Assembly: GCA_010093605.1 (NCBI GenBank)
Contig: MU004182.1
Coordinates: 124,001 to 188,000 of the forward strand
Source: Lophium mytilinum
Lineage: Eukaryota
Direction of reading: 5' to 3'
Length of the DNA stretch: 64,000 nt
Part shown: positions 60,995 to 64,000 of the stretch, one piece after another
How positions within the stretch are numbered: position 1 is the first letter of the stretch
How the letters are laid out: every line of letters starts with the position of its first letter
The notes under the pieces: generated by a model
Databases searched by the model: none
What the model was told of the DNA's origin: nothing
What the model saw: the letters and a program-made list of their open reading frames with translations, nothing else
Position numbers and translations under genes: made by a program

Positions 60995-62845
60995 ATGGAG
61001 AAGGACTTGGGCGTCGCCCACAACGAGACCGAGCACACCACCGAGGTCCGCCAGGTGCACAATGTCTCCCTGGCCGATGCCACGGCCAAGGCCAAAGTCA
61101 GCGCGTGGACCAAGTCCATGTGGAAGGTGAGTCCGATGCCTCTCCCCGCCTTCTGAACTCCGCTTACCAGTCCTAGCTCTACCTGGTTCTGTTCGTCGCT
61201 ACTCTCAACTCGTGCATCAACGGTTACGATGGGTCCTTGATGGGTGCCATCAACAGCTACTCGCAGTACCGTTCGTACTTTGGCTTCTCCCTCACCGAGG
61301 GTACCCCTGGCACTGGCATTGTTTACGCCATCTACACCATTGGCAATCTGGTTGGATCCTTCGCTGCTGGGCCTGCTACTGATTGGAAAGGTGTGTGATT
61401 CTGATTGTTTTCGTGCCTCTTCTTATCCCCCTCTCCGATATACCCCTCGAATAGTCCCACTTCTTCATTCGGGCCTCAAGAAACAAAACTGACCAATCCA
61501 GGCCGAAAATGGGGCATGTTCATCGGCTGCCTCATCATCGTCATCGGCACATGTGTCCAGGCCACTTGCACCAACTTGGGCGGCTTTATGGGCGGCCGCT
61601 TCATTCTCGGATTTGGCGTGGCCATCACTTCGACTGCTGGCCCCGCCTATGCCTCTGAGATGGCCCATCCCGCCTACCGTGGTATCCTGACCGGTATCTT
61701 CAACACTTTCTGGTTCGTGGGTGGCATCCCCGGTACCTTTGTTCCATACGGCACCTCGGTCTTGCAAGGCACGAAGTCGTGGAGAATCCCGATCTGGCTC
61801 CAGATGATCTTCTCCTGCGTCGTTCTTTTCAGCGCCCCTTTCCTCCCCGAGACTCCCCGTTGGTTGATTGCCAATGACCGCCACGAGGAAGCCCTCGACA
61901 CCATGGTAAGTCAGCGTCAATTCCTCAGCTCGACCCTCGCTAACTCCTCAGGCCCGATACCACGGCGACGGCAGCCGCGACTCTGCCATCGTGCAGCTCG
62001 AGTACAGGGAAATGTGCGAAGACATCTCCGTGACGGGCTCCGACAAGCGCTGGTGGGACTACCGCGAGCTGTTCAACTCCCGCGAGCAGCGCTACCGCAC
62101 CATGCTCGTGGTCTCCATGGGCTTCTTCGGCCAATGGTCCGGCAACGGCCCCGTGTCCTACTACTACCCAGCCATGCTCCAGGGCGCCGGCATCACCAAC
62201 AACCACACGCGCCTGTTGCTCAACGGCCTGCAGAACGTCGTCTCCTTCATCGGCGCCGTCTTCGGAGCCCTGTACACCGACAAGTGGGGCCGCCGCCCGC
62301 AGCTCCTCGTCTCCACGGGCATCGTCGTCGTCATCTTCATCCTCGTGTGCGCTCTCGTCGCAACCAACGTCATCGACGGGCCGGACGGCAAGCCCAAGGT
62401 CGACGACAGCGGCACGCCCATCATCAAGCGGCCCGGCCAAGCCAAGGCCGTCATCGGGCTCATCTTCATCTTCGGCTTCGTCTTCTCGGCCGGCTACACG
62501 CCGCTGCAGCAGCTGTACCCGGTCGAGTGCCTGCGTTACGAGTCACGAGCCAAGGGTATGGCCTTCTACAACTTCTGGGTCAACATTGCCGGCTTCTACA
62601 ACACGTTTGTGACCGGCATTGCGTTTTCGGGCGCTGGGTGGAAGTACTACTTCCTCTTCATCTTCTGGGATATCTTTGAGTTTGCGTTTATCTACTTCTT
62701 CTATGTGGAGACGCGCAGGCGCACGCTTGAGGAGCTGTCGGAGATCTTTAGCAGCAGGACGCCGGTTAAGACGAGCTTGTCCAAGACGCAGATTGTGGTG
62801 CATGGGAGCGATGGGGTTACGGAGGTGTTGGATAAGGAGGTCTAG
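60995..62845 (+). CDS. MFS sugar porter, lactose permease/cellodextrin transporter-like
   Basis: Multi-exon. Motifs NSCINGYDGSLMG, SEMAHPAYRG, SWRIPIWLQ, PETPRWL, FFGQWSGN, DKWGRR, YPVECLRYESRAKG and VETRRRTLEEL. Confidence 0.93.
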
Positions 62846-64000
62846 GTTAGAAGCCTTGACCTTTTGAAAAAGCCCTTAGCTTGCTCTGTTTTGAAATAAG
62901 GTGTGGGGGGGATGGATGGGTCTGGGTATGGGTAATTGGCGAGACGAGAAGAACGTCGGAAAGTGGAGATCTAGTCTGCACCGCTCGGAGTTTTCACCAT
63001 CTACACAGATCTCTATAGTAGTATTCGAGAACTCGGCTTGAATCTTCTACTCGTTTCGTTGTATGTTGTGCCATGCCTGAAATTCTCTCCTGTCTCGGCC
63101 TCTTTAGCTCCTTGGAGGAGACTGTCGCCCGAGCTGTTTCTCTCTCTCTCTTCAAAGCATAGTCATGTTAACAAGCATCCCGTAATCCCGCTTCGTTACC
63201 AGGGTTCTGGACCTCATCCAGGCCCCCACTTACGGACTGTATGCGCGTCAAAGACTTGCTTACCCCCGCTTTGCCCCTTTGGATGCGGGAGCTGGGGGGC
63301 GGTTGACTGGGGTGTAGCGCAATCTACCCGCGGGGGAGTCTGTATGCAGTGTGACGGGGGCTATGCTGCTTGCGGCGCGGAGGGCGTTGTGTGTGTAGAT
63401 CCCGGGATAACGGGAGGTGTTCTAGAAGGGAAAAATGTGGGGGCGTAAGGCTTGGGCATGGGGATTGAGGGATTGGGTGGATACGGGAGAGGGGATTGGG
63501 TGGATACGGGAGGGGGGAGGATTGGAAAGGTGGGAGTCTAGGTATATTTAAGGTTTTCAATATTCATCCCTTCCCGAAAACGGTCTTGGGCGGCTCGATG
63601 ATACCGTGAGATAGGTTTGAGGAATTTGAGATTTGACCACTGGGGGTGGGAGACGTGTGGTCCTTTTTTGTATTCGCATTTTGCGTCGCTTGTAGTAGCG
63701 CATTCAGACTCTTGATGGTTGATAGTATGTGAGGATAGAAATACGTGACTTGTGAAATCTGTCCGGTCACGTGAAAGACCTCCCTAAAAGAGGGCTTCGA
63801 TGCTCTTGTCGAATGCAGTCAAAGACCGGCTTCAATAGTTCTCGAATAGAAACAGAGATTCGAGGTCAGTGGGCGCCTCGTGCGACTCAGGCCTGCACAA
63901 TCACAGCTGAAGCTTGACGGGACGAGGTAGACCAAAATCGGCAAAAGAAATAGCGGAGATTCATGCGATAATAGAGGTAATCGGAATATACCACGGCTCC

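Noticed and set aside
61913..62679. His/Arg-rich second half of ORF 61405..62679
   Set aside because: Read-through of an intron into the wrong frame; the true transporter frame is ORF 61991..62845.

Overview
Fungal genomic DNA from a filamentous ascomycete (Pezizomycotina): short introns and a clear repeat-induced point mutation (RIP) signature. About 15 apparently intact genes: a HET-domain protein, a GT31 glycosyltransferase, an AveC-like membrane protein, an SMP-30/gluconolactonase, two bZIP factors, a DUF1746 protein, RCF1, a tandem-module orphan, a DUF2985-like membrane protein, a MARVEL protein, an acid sphingomyelinase, NAT3, a C2H2 protein and an MFS sugar porter. There are two transposons. 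(1) A 9.7-kb, heavily RIP-mutated Ty3/Gypsy LTR retrotransposon (5667-15398, minus strand) with 205-bp LTRs, a 4-bp TSD, a second internal PPT-like motif and about 2.3 kb of extra sequence after pol. It sits inside a Cys-domain, Ser/Thr-rich gene whose reading frame can be rebuilt exactly across the insertion. (2) A 1291-bp DD34E Tc1/mariner element with perfect 50-bp TIRs whose transposase is broken by three in-frame TGA codons. Two further damaged genes are invisible in the ORF track: an AsaB/CmcJ-like pseudogene and an F-box gene frameshifted by a 5-bp duplication. All family assignments come from motif recognition by eye; no database search was run.
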